The notes under the pieces are model-generated. The model was not told the origin of the DNA, ran no database searches, and saw only the letters and a list, made by a program, of their open reading frames with translations. Shown piece by piece: positions 24,847-39,130 of a stretch of 44,840 bases of DNA (positions are counted from its first letter, which is position 1; the number at the start of each line of letters is the position of its first letter). The translations under genes were made by a program, and so were the position numbers. The DNA is from Chiloscyllium plagiosum (Eukaryota). Where the stretch lies: assembly GCF_004010195.1 (NCBI RefSeq), contig NC_057717.1, forward strand, positions 105,372,770 to 105,417,609, written 5' to 3'.

Positions 24847-25419
24847 NNNNNNNNNNNNNNNNNNNNNNNNNNNNNNNNNNNNNNNNNNNNNNNNNNNNNN
24901 NNNNNNNNNNNNNNNNNNNNNNNNNNNNNNNNNNNNNNNNNNNNNNNNNNNNNNNNNNNNNNNNNNNNNNNNNNNNNNNNNNNNNNNNNNNNNNNNNNNN
25001 NNNNNNNNNNNNNNNNNNNNNNNNNNNNNNNNNNNNNNNNNNNNNNNNNNNNNNNNNNNNNNNNNNNNNNNNNNNNNNNNNNNNNNNNNNNNNNNNNNNN
25101 NNNNNNNNNNNNNNNNNNNNNNNNNNNNNNNNNNNNNNNNNNNNNNNNNNNNNNNNNNNNNNNNNNNNNNNNNNNNNNNNNNNNNNNNNNNNNNNNNNNN
25201 NNNNNNNNNNNNNNNNNNNNNNNNNNNNNNNNNNNNNNNNNNNNNNNNNNNNNNNNNNNNNNNNNNNNNNNNNNNNNNNNNNNNNNNNNNNNNNNNNNNN
25301 NNNNNNNNNNNNNNNNNNNNNNNNNNNNNNNNNNNNNNNNNNNNNNNNNNNNNNNNNNNNNNNNNNNNNNNNNNNNNNNNNNNNNNNNNNNNNNNNNNNN
25401 NNNNNNNNNNNNNNNNNNN
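24847..25419. other. Assembly gap (573 N) in intron 4
   Basis: Run of N. Confidence 1.
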
Positions 25420-26869
25420 ATTAAGATTGAGCCTAGGACACTAACAGGAAAAGCACCCGCTGCCACAAAACTATTCGCTGATCCCACCTTCACTGCCTTT
25501 TCAGGCAGGGAATTCCAAAGTTACACATGCCTCTTGAGGAAAAAAAAGTTCTCTCCTCTCTGACTTAACTTTTTGTCAGTGATCCCATATTCTGAACTGT
25601 CCCAGAAGAGAGAACATCCTTTCAACACCTACTTTGTCAGGATCTTATACACTTCAATCAAATCAACCTGCACTCTGCTAAAACCAGTTTCATCCTATCT
25701 AACCCTTCCTCATGAAACAACCCACTCGTTCCAGGTGTCAATCTGGTACATCTCTTCTAGGCCATTTACGTCACTCCTTAAATCGGGATACAGAACCTGC
25801 AATTTTATGTTGCGTTTTACAACCTTTTTTTTCAAATGCTATCTGAAGCATTAGTTATAGAAGTTTTCATAGAAAATTGAACCCCGAGCCGTATGCCTAC
25901 ACACTATTGTGGAGCTCTTCTAGCTTCGGGAATGGGAATTATGTATCAGGCTTCAGGTTTTCTCACACCTACGTAAAGCACCATCGATATGCTTCTACAT
26001 AAGGGACACTACCTCAGTAAAGTAAAGCAACGAGCTGTGAATGCTGATAAGTTGTTTCTGTCTTTGCATCCGTGAATCCACAGTAGTGTTTTGATTGGAG
26101 TGTACCGAGCTAATCCCCTGAAATATTTTATAAATTAGATCATCCTGCCCAGATGGTTTGATCACTGTTGCTATTGTTCCACTTGCTAGTCTTTTGGACA
26201 AATACGATATTGGATGGAGTATAAAAATGATAGCATTGACTTCTCCTGTCTCAATTTTTGGCAAAAGAAGTTGGTCATGGTAGTTGCTACTGTCTTCACA
26301 CACAGTTACCATCCATCAACATTTCATGTTGCCAAGAGTTGGTACAAGATGGGCCTCGGAAATCCAACATTTTGTTTGCATGCAAAAGTCAAAGCTCAAT
26401 GGATGCATATAACGTATTGTTGTTGATGTATGTACAGTTGCTGTGGATTTAAATAGCAGGAATATTGGAAGAATCAGGAGTTCATAAGTTGGTCCCTTGG
26501 TTTTATGACTCTGGGGAAAAAAAATCACTTTGTACTTTGCCCTAGGCATATGAGAAACAAGCAAGTGATTGGAAATAAATAGAATATGAAAGCTCTCCTC
26601 TTTCAATCTTACCCAATCATGATACATTTTATGTATTTTACCAGCACATACCCCAGACAAATGGGTTTTAGTCCAAAAGTAGTTAAGGGGAAGCAGTCAA
26701 TTTAATGCTTGGTCAGAAGTGCACTTTAATTTATTTTTTTTCATTCTTTCATGAGATGAGGGTATTGCTGAGTAGACCAGTACTTATTGGCCATCTTTAA
26801 TTACAGTTGAGAACCTGCTTTGGACCATTTCAGTCCTCTGGGTGCAGGTGCGTTGACAGTGCAATTTGT

Positions 26870-27495
26870 TTTGTCATTTATCTCAAGAGGGTTGGAATAT
26901 AAAAGCACTGTTGTGCTACTGAGACTTTATAAAGCTCTGGTTAGGCCGTATTTGGAGTACTGTGTCCAGTTTTGGTCCCCACATCTCAGGAAGGACATAC
27001 TGGCACTGGAGTGTGTTCAGCGGAGATTCACACGGATGATCCCTGAAATGGGTGGTCTAACATATGAGGAACGGCTGAGGATCCTGGGATTGTATTCATT
27101 GGAGTTTAGACGATTAAGGGGAGATCTAATAGAAACTTACAAGATAGTACATGGCTTGGCGAGGGTGGACGCTAGGAAATTGTTTCTGTTAGGCGAGGAG
27201 ATAGGACCCGTGGACACAGCCTTAGAATTAGAGGGGGTAAATTCAGAACAGAAATGCGGAGACATTTCTTCAGCCAGAGAGTGGTGGGCCTGTGGAATTC
27301 ATTGCCCCAGAGTGCAGTGGAGGCGGGACGCGGAATGTCTTCAAGGCAGAAATTGATAAATTCTTGATGTCACAAGGAATTAAGGGCTACGGGGAGAATG
27401 CGGGTAAGTGGAGTTGAAATGCTCATCAGCCACGATTGAATGGCGGAGTGGACTCGATGGGCCGAATGGCCTTACTTCCGCTCCTATGTCTTATG
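26870..27495 (+). mobile_element. CR1 LINE 3' fragment
   Basis: LRLYKALVRPYLEYCVQFWSPHLRKDILALECVQRRFTRMIP; CR1-type 3' UTR ending ctcctatgtcttatg. Confidence 0.92.
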
Positions 27496-28190
27496 GACCA
27501 ATCTCTGCTACTTGGTGGAGTCAGTCAGTGCAAGTTCAAAATGACAGTAAGGAAAAGAGAATGCCTAAAGTGGGAGGAGAGGCCAGGCAGGAGGTTGGGT
27601 AGGAAAAACCAGAGGAATGGAGGGGGCAGGGGAAGAAACAAAGTCAGGGGAGGTAACTCCAGGGAATTGGGAGGGGGGGGGGGGCAGGAATATGGTGCAC
27701 TGGCTACATTATTAGAGATAGCAAGCCTTAAAAATAAAACAACATTAAAGCGAAATGTTGTTAAGCGAGCCTCAGCCAAGGATTCCTGGCCTTGAGAACC
27801 TGGAGGTGAGGGCCAATACAAACTAAAGGCAAAGCCCAGCCAGGTCTGGAGTTGAGGCACCGGTTTGGACTGGGTTGAAAGGACTGTTATTTTAAACTTA
27901 TTATTTCTTTATTTTTCTGATTTATTCCTATGATTTTGTACTTTTGGAACTAAGATAGTCCCAAGGTCTGTAATACTGGACGACTTATTATTTTTCTAAT
28001 TTTTTTTCTAAGAATTTGTACTTAAGAATCTGTATCTTAGTACCATTGTACTTAAGGTGGTGCTGTAAGTGGTGACTTATAAACCTTTCACTGTACTCAT
28101 GTGAGTACATGTTAACTCTAATTAGAGAGAGCTTACTTTTTGTATATGTTACATTGCCTAAAGGGTAATTAATTCTGGCAGAGTAGAGTA

Positions 28191-28667
<477 letters not shown>

Positions 28668-28789
28668 TAGAAAGAAAATCCTCTACTTTAAATGCCATCT
28701 GATACATTAGTTCAGTATGTGACCTTGCTGTGCGAAGATAATTTTGATCCAGAAGTTTGCTCTGTTGTGGTCAGTCCTCCCTCGTTGTA

Positions 28790-29092
28790 CAGATAGACAA
28801 TCCTTTATCCGAAATCCAAAGTTTTTAACATGAAGTTTTTTTCTCCATAAACAGTTAACCCAACTCCATACCCACTTGACCCATGTCACTCATATGTGAC
28901 ATGTTAGCGTAGCCCAGCACTGGCAAGCATCAATTCTGTCTCAGTGCTCATAGTACTCACAAGTGCATCTACTATTCTGTAATTTATTTTTAATTTCACT
29001 ATGAAACTGTCACTTTATTCCAAAATTTGAAAAATTCCGAAATCCGAAAACCAGCTGGCCCTGAAGATTTCGGATAAAGGATTGTGTACTTG
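28790..29092. mobile_element. Tc1/mariner-superfamily (pogo/Tigger-like) MITE, 303 bp
   Basis: TA on both flanks; 27-bp TIRs with the perfect core ACAATCCTTTATCCGAAATC. Confidence 0.8.
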
Positions 29093-30205
29093 TACAATGA
29101 TGCAACAATGTTGGTTCAGTTAACTTGCAACCTTCAGTGTCTTTCATGCTGTTTGTTTTAAGTGGATTTAAACTCTGGCCCAAGGCCTGAAGAGGAACGT
29201 CGTCCAACTGTGCTATTCTTGTCTCTGTCTGTCCCTTAGCTTGCCTTTTCTATCTCCTATCGGCAGTGTACTCTGCTATACACTATTTTCGGGTTAGGGT
29301 TTCGATTAGAGTACACCATCATGATTGAAGGCAGGGGGTAGTGCTTCACAAATGTTTTCCCCAGTTCAAAGCTTGAAAATTGTTGCACTTTGAGAGAGCT
29401 GAGTTAGGTAGAGTCTGAGAGAGCATGGTGGTAGGTGGGGGGGCCTGTGAGAACATAGACCTGTTAGAGCATGGCTGCTGTCACTTGGTTGGAGCTCCAA
29501 ACCATCCATTACTGCCTCAGTGTTCATGACCTAAAATATTAGCTTGTGACCCTTGTCTCTGTCCTCTAGTTTATCCAGTGAACATTAGCAACTGCAGAGA
29601 CGGTGATACAAGACAAGGACAGGATCCAGCTCGGATATGAGTCTTTCACAGTGAAACAATCCATTGGAATGTTATGATAGTTATGTTAAAAGTTCAGTTA
29701 GATTTTATTCAGAATATTGTGTTTAATTCTGAGCACTGCTCATCATAAATCTTTAAGTAATAGGAGCACGCAAAAGCCATTTTGATCCCTTAACGGTTGA
29801 TCTGATTGTTGTCTCCATTCCACATCCTTGCTTCCAGTACCATAAGCCTTGACAGCCTTGTGGATTTGGAATAATATATTGCCCTTCAATGCCATGTAGT
29901 TTAACCAGGAGTGAAAAGGATTAAGTTGATGGCAGTTTGCTTAAACTAGATCTGTATTCACTTGTGTAAAGAATATTACAAAGTGACAGAATTGAAGATG
30001 AATTTAACAAGTTGATAGTAATTATATGTGCTGTTTCTTCTGGGGATCCAAATCAAGCAGTGTAGGGGCTCCCTGATTTACAAACATCCAGCTGGCAAAT
30101 GCAATTTGGTACAAGGGCTGAATGTAAAGATCTAACCTACAAACTTGCATTGCATTCAGACTTGTGAACTGACGTGAGAACAGAACTCATTCGCATTACA
30201 GGGAC

Positions 30206-30502
30206 TGATTAGATTAGATTACTTATAGTGTGCAAACAGGCCCTTCGGCCCAAGAAATCCATACCGACCCTCTGAAGAGCAACCCACCCAGACCCATTCC
30301 CCTACATTTACCCCTTCACGTAACACTATGGCCAATTCACCTAATCTGCACATTTTTTGGACTGTGGGAGAAAACCAGAGTACCCGGAGGAAACCCACGC
30401 AGTCACTGGGAGAATGTGCAAACTCTACACAGACAGTCGCCTGAGGTGGGAATTGAACCCGGGTTTCTGGCGCTGTGAGGCAGCAGCGATAACCACTGTG
30501 CC
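30206..30502 (-). mobile_element. tRNA-derived SINE (HE1-like)
   Basis: B box GGTTCAATTCC and (AATCT)n tail on the - strand. Confidence 0.85.
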
Positions 30503-30976
30503 TGTGATCTTAAAATTGTAGCTAGGCTATTCAAGATAATGGCAGAACACACTTCTTCATACAAAGGGCAAGAGAAATCTTGACCTCCTCTTAGCTAGGA
30601 CAGCTTTTTTGTAGGTGAGGATTAATTAAATGTGTTAAAACTGAGGTTGATTAATAGTTTTTGTTAGACAGCAGTATTAGACAAGAGACTTTGTGAAGGA
30701 ATCAAGTTACAGATACTTAAACTATGAATCAGTCATGATCTATTTGAATAGTGATATGGAGTTGAGGGACTGAATGGTCTCCTGATGCAGTGTTCCTAAC
30801 ACTTGCTTTTGAGTTGTGTGTGTATTAACTTAAAGTTTAGAAAGGATGCTGGTATCCATGGAAGTTACTGCAGTGAGTTGATAACTTTGTGAGACCTGAG
30901 TGGAGAGTAGAATACTTTTTTTAAAAAAATCAAATAATATAATGCCTAAATATATGTTAAAACTTTTGTTTCATAG

Positions 30977-31243
<267 letters not shown>

Positions 31244-32840
31244 AGAGGTTCTTCTGAAGAGAAATATATATATATATATATTTGTGTAATTTTTTAATTA
31301 TTTTTACTACAGTATCAGTTCTTTCTGTCTGAATCTGAATTATTTTACTATTGAATCTCCTTCATGTGATGCATAAATTAAAAACAACACACATCAGTCT
31401 TACTGTTGCTTTTCCTCCAAGTATTTAATATTAGGTGATGTTAAAATTGGTGCCAAAATTTACCAGGCAGTTATTTCAGGTACAGTATTTCTTTACAGTA
31501 CCTTCGGTACTGCTTCAAAGATGGGGAATGTTTCTTCTGTTTTCTGGGCTTTGATGTTTCAGACAATCTATTTAACGAATTTCTGTGTGCAGGCTTACTT
31601 AACAGGAGGTTGGAATATTCTGAGGTTTGATGGTGAAATGAATGTTGAGAGTGCCATATTTTGATTCAGATGTATAATAGCATGTGGCTATTAAACATTC
31701 CTTAACCTTGGACCATTCCAACTTGTATCATGAATAAAACAAAATACCTTTGAAAAATTGGTCAAGCTCATTTTGAAATGGTGTAATGAGTGGAACTTTC
31801 AGATTTTGTAATCCTTCAGGTGTCATGCTACAACTGCCTTGCTACAAACTGAAGTGCCTTGCACAGCAATATTTTAATGTGTTGAGTTTCGAGCTTAATT
31901 GTTCCTGTACAGACAGCAACTTTGAAACTATACCTGTGTCCCATTCCTCACCTAACCTGAAACAACTATTTGAAAAAAAAAATTTTAATCATTATTTTAA
32001 AATAACTTGTCTTAGGCAAAGCAGCATCTGCATGACTGAAACAAAGGTACACCCAATACTTATACACTGTCCGTCTCAACAAGCAATCAAGAGCTCAATT
32101 AAAGTTAGTACAGTTTGTAATATATAATCTTTTGACAGATATAATCCTAGTCCCTTAAATGCTCAAGTTGTTGACAATGTTTCACTTGTTGTTATTAGTT
32201 CTTTAACATTTGCGGGTCTCAGTTGTCCATGTGTTTAGTGTCACTTTTTTTATTAATTACATTTTTGAAGCCAAAGTTTTAGATTTTATTTTTGCCAGGA
32301 ATTACCCCAAACTGTTACACAGCAATTGCTCTTGAATAGCCTGATTAGATTTTTAAGGGTAATTCCCCCCTGTTTGGGCCCCTCCCTAGATGAAACAGGT
32401 TGAGTAGTTTCCCTGTTCCTAAAGTTAGTGTGAATTTCCCCCTTTCTGTGTTAATATATTTGTAATTAACCAATTTGGGGAAAAATTCACGTGTGGCCCA
32501 CTTTTCTTTTAAAGAGGCTACGCTCCATTGACTGTGAGGATGGTTTAGAAAAAGCAATTTGCAGCCAGATCTTCTCTGGTAACCATTGGGCTTGTCATAT
32601 TGGCCTTCTTATTGGAGTTGAATCGATTCAAGATCTTGGAGGGAATGAAAGAAGGCTCCAGATCACGTGTAAAATCAAAGTTCCAACCTTCCAAAAATTC
32701 GACAGTTTACTTTTTAAAGTCACTTTCAACCCTGTAGTAACTTTTTCACTGATACCTCAGATACATAAATTGCCAAAATATAATCTGTTACAGACACACA
32801 ACCATTTTATAAATAAATTTGTGTTTAGTACAAAAATGTC
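31244..32840 (+). other. Probable 3' UTR of the SURF4-family gene, with candidate poly(A) signals at 31733-31738 and 32812-32817
   Basis: AT-rich stretch after the stop with no recognisable TE; two AATAAA hexamers; short (TA)n run at about 31264-31281. Confidence 0.55.
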
Positions 32841-33749
32841 TTAAATCTGTGGCGGTAAGTGCAGCCAATGATGATTTTTGAATGTCTTGACATTGTGGTT
32901 GTATTTGCAGTTCTGCTGAAGACTCATTAAATGCATTCAAAAATTACTATTTGTTATATATTATATCAGACTAACTGAAGCCACAGTTCTTTATCAATAC
33001 ATAATGAGCTACAAAGGGAGTTGACATTATTGAATCTATGTAGAAGGTTTTAATTAATTTCCATTAAACGTCTGTGTTTTGTGACCTATGTGCTTGAAGA
33101 AAAAGAGAGCAGTCAAGAAAATAAGGTGCTTTTTTGTCCTCCTCACTCATCAAATTAAATTGATGCATGAAAAGAAATCCAAAATTTTGAGGTTCCACAT
33201 CTGTCTTGCTCCCAATCAACATAAGGAATAGGCCTTCTGGCCTGTTAACCCTGCTCTGCTATTCCATAAGATTATGGCTGATCTTTTCAAGGACTGTGCT
33301 CCACTTAGTTGCCTGCTCACCATAACCCTTAATTCTTTTACTGTTCACAAAATGCATCTATTTTTGTCTTAAAAACATTCAACGAAGTAGCCTCAACTGC
33401 TTCACTGGACAATTCCAGAGATTCACAGTGAAAAGTTTGAAATGCAGTTATTGCTAAGGCCAATTATTGGTATTCCAGGAGTTCACTAAACAACAGCCAC
33501 CAGTACACTTGATAGTGCAGGCATACCTAGTTGGAAGAGGCAAAATGTATTTATGTGTACATGTGTATATTTTTGACATGAAAGCTCCGGAAGTGTCAGC
33601 TCTGTTACAAGCACATTTGGCTGTGGGTCAAGATTGTGGACTCAAGGCCCTCTCCAAGACTTTCATGGGAGATATTACTGTCTGTATATTCTGTTGGACA
33701 TTACATTTATTTAGTGAAGATCAGGATATTTTCCTGGTGTTCTGGCTAA

Positions 33750-34690
33750 CCCCGCATAGCCCGGTTCTACCTCCTACCCAAGATCCACAAGTCTAATTAC
33801 CCCGGCAGACCCCATTGTCTCGGCCTGCTCCTGGCCCACCGAACTCACCTCCACATCCCCCTCCCCCCCGATCCAGGAACTCCCCACATATGTTCAGGAC
33901 ACCACTCATGCCTTCCACCTCCTCCAAGACTTGCGTTTCCCTGGTCCCCAACGCATCTTCACCGAGTACATCCAGTCCCTATACATCTCCATCCACCATG
34001 ACGAGGGCCTCCAAGCCCTGTTTCTTCCTCTCCCGACGTTCCCATCAGTACCCTTCCACTGACACACACACTAGTCCTCGCCCTCAATAATTTCTACTTT
34101 GAATTCTCCCACTTCCTCCGGACAAAAGGGGTAGCCATGGGCACCTACTCGCAGAGCGATTCAAAGAACATCTCCGGGATACCCGCATCAACCAACCCCA
34201 TCACTCTTTGGCCGAACACTTCAACTCCTCCTCCCAGGACATGCAGGTCCTGGGCATTCCTCACTAACCACCCGATGCCTCGAGGAAGAATGCCTTATTT
34301 TCCGCCTTGGGACCCTCCAACCCCAGGGCATCCATGTGGATTTCACCAGTTTCCTCATTTCCCCTCTTTCCCCCCCCACCCCACCTTTTCCCAGTTCCAA
34401 ACTTCCAACACAGCACCACCCTCATGACCTGTCCTACCTGTCCATCTTCCTTCCCACCCATCACCATTACCCCCCACCTCCAAATACCAATCGTACTTTC
34501 AGCTACCTTCCCCCCAGCCCTCTTCCATTTATCCCACCACCCCCTTGGCTCACAGCTTCATTTCTGATGAAGGATTTTGCCTGGAATGTCGATTCTCCTG
34601 CTTCTCTGATTCTGCCTGACCTGCTGTGCTTTTCCAGCACCACAGTCTCGACTCTAGTCTTCAGCATCTGCAGTCCTTACTTTCACCTAA
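33750..34690 (+). mobile_element. Internally deleted PLE family A copy
   Basis: RT and GIY-YIG remnants, pyrimidine-rich 3' UTR, degenerate hammerhead at 34564. Confidence 0.75.
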
Positions 34691-34779
34691 CATTTATCTC
34701 TTGCCTATCCAAAACATAATCTGATTATTAATTTGAATACAATTTCTGTGTCTTTGCTGCACTCAGCTTGACTGACACA

Positions 34780-36895
34780 TAAGTTAGAGTTAGCGAGTTG
34801 TGAGAAGATTTGTAGCTCAGGTTGAGGTTCTGGATGTAAGTTTACTTGCTGAGCTGGAAGGTTTGTTTTCAGACATTTCACCACCCTACTAGGTAACATC
34901 AGTGAGCCTCTAGTGAAGTACTGGTACTACATCCCACTTTCTATTTGTGTGTTTCGGTTTCCTTGGGTTGGTGATGTCATTTCCTGTGGTGATGTTTCCT
35001 CTTCTTTTTCTCAGGGAGTGGTAGATGGGATCCAAATCGATGTGTTTGTTGATAGAGTTCCAGTTGGAATGCCATGTTTCTAGGAATTCTCATGAATGTC
35101 TCTGTTTGGCTTGTCCTAAGATGGATGTGTTGTCCCAGTTAAAGTCATTTTCAACCAAACAGACTACATTGAGAAAGCGAATGCACTGCTTGCAGATACC
35201 AACACTTCCCAACAGGTGGCGATACATCTGACCCCCACAACTAGAGAACTGAATCACAGCCTTACTCAAAAAACTTCAGAAATCTGGAGAATTAAACAAG
35301 ACAGACTTGCCAAAAATGAAACCAGACAGCTCCAACACACCACGCCACAATGGATTACCCAACATTCACAAACCAGGGGCCCTCCTCAGACCTACAGTCT
35401 CGCTATCTGGAACACCAATGTACAGATTAGCTAAGGAACTACACCAAAGACTAAAACATTTAGTAGAAGACTCACGCCACTCCATTCACTCCACCCAAGA
35501 ATTCCTGAACACTATCAAAGATACCAAGATAGGAGAGGATGAAATAATGGTCTCCTTTGATGTAACAGCTGTGTCCACATACATCAAGTAATACTGACTA
35601 CACAATTAGAAGACTCAAAGACACACACACCAAATACCACCAACTTCATCAGCAAGGACATCATCATCAAGCTGGTGGCCCTATGCCATACCACCCATTT
35701 CACTTTCAATAACAAAACCTACAGACAAACCAACGGAACACCCATAGGATCTCCGATATCAGGGTTCTTAGCAGAGATGCAAACAAACAACTGCCAACCA
35801 TCCAACCCTAACTTTGGGTCCGCTATGTAGATGACACCTTTGTCATCACTAAAAGAAACAAATTAGAGGAAATTTTCAAGATCATCACTAATACCCTTAC
35901 TGGCATAAAGTTCACAAAAGAGGAGGAAAACCACAACAAACTGCCATTCCTAGATGTCACAGTAGAACGAACAGTCAGTGGGGATCTTCAAACCAACGCC
36001 TACAGGAAAACAACACATACGGACCAAATACTGAACTACAGAAGCAATCATCCCAAACTCCACAAACAAAACTGCATTAGAACATTATTTCAATGAGCTG
36101 CCACACACACCAGCACCAAGGAACTAAGAAGAGCAGAAGAAAACCACCTATCCAGTGTACAGAGGAATTTTGATTGTCTGAACGAGATGGGCGGGGCATT
36201 ATTTCATTCAGATAATTGATTATTCAGTTAATTGATTCAATGCCTCTGCTCTGGGGCTCCGCGTTTCTAAAGTTTCCTTTGTCCTTGCTCTGCCTGCCTT
36301 GCTCCCTCTCTCTGTCTCTCTTTGTTTCTGAGCAGACACACACATGTGTGCAAGGGACCTGCAGCATTGCTGAAGCCGACCCCTGCCCCCCAATCAGTTG
36401 CACTTGCTAGGTCCACTCCCCGTTCAGGAGACTAGGCAGCAGCACACTGCGCGTGAGCCTCCACCCCCTGCAAATCTGACCCCAACCGGCCCTCCATTCC
36501 ACCCCCACCCCTTCCTGCCCCAACAACCCCATCTAACCCCGCCACCCATCTACCCACCAACACACGACAACAGCAGCTCATGAACTTAAAAGACCCGACA
36601 CAGACAAACAAAACTAATGTCATTTACAAAATACCATGCAAGAACTGTAACAAACACTACATTGGACAAACAGGCAGAAAACTAGCCACCAGGATACACG
36701 ACCATCAACTAGCCACAAAAAGACATGACCCACTATCACTAGTATACTTACAGACTAGGAAGGACACCACTTTGACTGGGACAACACATCCACCCTAGGA
36801 TAAACCAAACAGAAACATGCATGAGAATTCCTAGAAGCATGGCATTCCAACCGGAAAACTATCAACACATCAGTTTGGATCCCATCTGATGACCC
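34780..36895 (+). mobile_element. PLE family B (Poseidon-like): inverted terminal repeat (-, 34780-35145), RT (about 35150-36159) and GIY-YIG (about 36575-36895), all decayed
   Basis: GLPNIHKPGALLRPTVS..GTPMY.LAK, MVSFDVT, GTPIGSPISG, WVRYVDDTFVI, KLPFLDV, YRKTTHTDQILNY, NVIYKIPCKNCNKHYIGQTGR. Confidence 0.9.
36160..36570. mobile_element. Unrelated insert interrupting the PLE, beginning with a pogo/Tigger-like TIR
   Basis: TA followed by CAGAGGAATTTTGATTGTCTGAAC; no second TIR found. Confidence 0.4.
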
Positions 36896-37128
36896 GCTGA
36901 GTTTCTTCTGTAAGTCTGTTGTCTTTCAGGGAGGATACCAGTGTTGCTAGGAAGACTTTTATATCCGGATCCCTGCGGTTGAAGTTCATCCCTTGTACTA
37001 GGACGGCATTTTACGTGTTTGAGGTTCTTTATCCAAGTCTCTGATTTGTCCATGTCATTGCTGTGAGAGAGCTTGTCCAGTTTTTCTTGTAGGGCTAGTT
37101 TTTGCTTTGTCTTGGTCTGCTGTTGTTT

Positions 37129-37160
37129 CTGAAGAAGGGCTTATGCCCGAAACGTCGATT
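37129..37160 (+). ncRNA. Minimal hammerhead ribozyme core, family A
   Basis: CTGAAGA-A-GGGC-TTAT-GCCC-GAAA-CGTC; the 5' strand of stem I would have to come from the flank. Confidence 0.65.
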
Positions 37161-37990
37161 CTCCTGCTCCTTGGATGCTGCCTGACCTGCTGCGCTTTTC
37201 TAGCAACACATTTTTAAGCTCTGATCTCCAGTATCTGCAGTCCTCACTTTCTCCTCCCTGCTGTTGTTTAGTGTTAATGGCTTGTTCTAGCATACTTGTC
37301 CATTCATGGTCAGCCGCGTTAGTGTACAGAGTTTTTTGGCGCAAAATTTCTCATTTGTATTTGTGGGCATCACGTCATTTTTTTTGTCGCATTCTGTGAC
37401 TGTTCTGTTTTCCTGGCTCGTGGGGTGTTGAAACATGGTTTGTATTTGTAGGAAGTACAGTTGTTGCCATGTGGCACTCAGTCATATGGTGTTGGTTTCC
37501 TATCTTCAGGCTAATTTGAGCGTATTGCGCCCACAGGTGTTTGAGATTTTGGAGAAGATTTGTAGCTCAGGTTGTAAGTTGGTGGATTTGATCTCAGACA
37601 TTCCATCACCATGCTAAGTAACATTATCAGTGAGCCTCTGGTGAAGTACTGGAGTTCTGTCCCACTTGCAATGTATCTCTCTTGGTTTGTTGTGGTAGGT
37701 GATATCATTTCTGGTTCTGTTTCTGAGAGGTTGGTAAATGGGGTCCAAATCTATATGTTCGTTAATGGAGTTCCGGTTTGATTAAGCGAAAGTGAGGACT
37801 GCAGATGCTGGAGATCAGAGTCAAGATTAGAATGGTGCTTTAAAAGCACAGCAGGTCAGGTAGCATCCGAGGACCAGGAAAATTCCAGTTTGATTGCCAG
37901 GCATCTAGGAATTCCCACACATGCTCTTTGTATGAAGAAATGTGTTCTGCCATTATCTTGAATAGCCTAGCTACAATTTTAAGATCACAG

Positions 37991-38290
37991 GCACGGTGGT
38001 TAGCACTGCTGCCTCGCAGCGCCAGAGACCTGGGTTCAATTCCCGCCTCAGGTGACTGTGTGGAGTTTGCACATTCTGTCCGTGTCTGCGTGGGTTTCCT
38101 CCGGGTGCTCCGGCTTCCTCCCACAATCTAAAAATGTGCAGGCCAGGTGAATTCGCCATGCTAAATTGCCCCTAGTGTTAGGTGAAGGGGTAAATGTAGG
38201 GAAATGGGTCTGGGTGGGTTACGCCTCAGCAGGTCGGTGTGGACTTGTTGGGCCGAAGGGCCTGTTTCCACACTGTAAGTAATCTAAAAA
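37991..38290 (+). mobile_element. tRNA-derived SINE (HE1-like)
   Basis: GGTGGTTAGCACTGCTGCCTC head, B box GGTTCAATTCC, TAATCT tail. Confidence 0.88.
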
Positions 38291-39130
38291 AAGTCTTTGT
38301 TTAGCCTGTCCCAGAATGGATGTATTGTCCCAGTCGAACTGGTGTCCCTCTTCGTCTGTGCGTGTGGATGCCAGGGATAGTTGGTCATGTCTTTTGGTGG
38401 CTAGTTGGTGCTCAGCTAGCTTCCTGCGATTTGTCCAGTGTAATGTGTGTTGCCGTCCTTGCAGGGTATTTTGTGTATGACGTTCGTTCTGCTCGTTGTT
38501 GGTACTTTAAATTCATCAGAAGCTGTTTCAGTGTGGCGGTAGCTTGTGGGCTACCATGACGTCTAGGGGCTGGAGTAGTCTGGTCGTCATCTCTGAGATG
38601 TCTTTGATGTGTGGTAGGCTGGCTAGAGTCTCTGGGTGTGTTGGGTCATCTTGTTTAAATCTGTTGTGCAGGAATCAGCAGACTGCGCTTATCGGGTACC
38701 CTTTGTTCCTGAATACATTGTATAGGTGTTTTTTCCTTGACTTCTCTTAGTTCCTTAGTTTACTGTCGCTTGATTAAATAATGTCCTGATGCAGCTCCGT
38801 TTATGGGTGGTTGCTGCTGTAGTTGAGTATCTGGTTGAGTAAACAGGAAGACACAACATGCCCAGAGACTCTCTCCACCCTACAGTATATCAAAGAAATT
38901 GCAGAGGTGACAATTGACTACTCCAGCCCCTAAGCGTCATGGTAGCCCATAAACCTACCACCACACTGAAAAACCCCTGATGAATTTAAAGGACCCTATA
39001 CCAACAACGAGCAGAATAAATGTCATATACAAAAAAATCTGCAAGGACTGCAACAAATAGTGCGTTGGACAAACGGGCAGGAAGCTAGCCACCAGGACAC
39101 ATAAGCACCAACTAGTCACCAGACGACATG

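Larger units (their letters stand above)
36900..38830 (-). mobile_element. PLE family B fragments with nested insertions (family A at 37129-37257 and 37784-37882; SINE at 37932-38293)
   Basis: The - strand carries GIY-YIG and terminal-repeat remnants; TSDs CTGCTGTTGTTT (37117/37258), TTCCRGTTTGATT (37771/37883) and TCTTTGT (37925/38294). Confidence 0.75.

Noticed and set aside
24826..25563. 245-aa and 216-aa ORFs
   Set aside because: They consist almost entirely of the N gap.
25940..25995. Minus-strand YRWCFT resembling CRESS-virus Rep motif I
   Set aside because: Immediately followed by a stop and lacking the other Rep motifs; probably chance.
35150..36895. Active autonomous Penelope element
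   Set aside because: Multiple stops and frameshifts, plus an insertion between RT and endonuclease.
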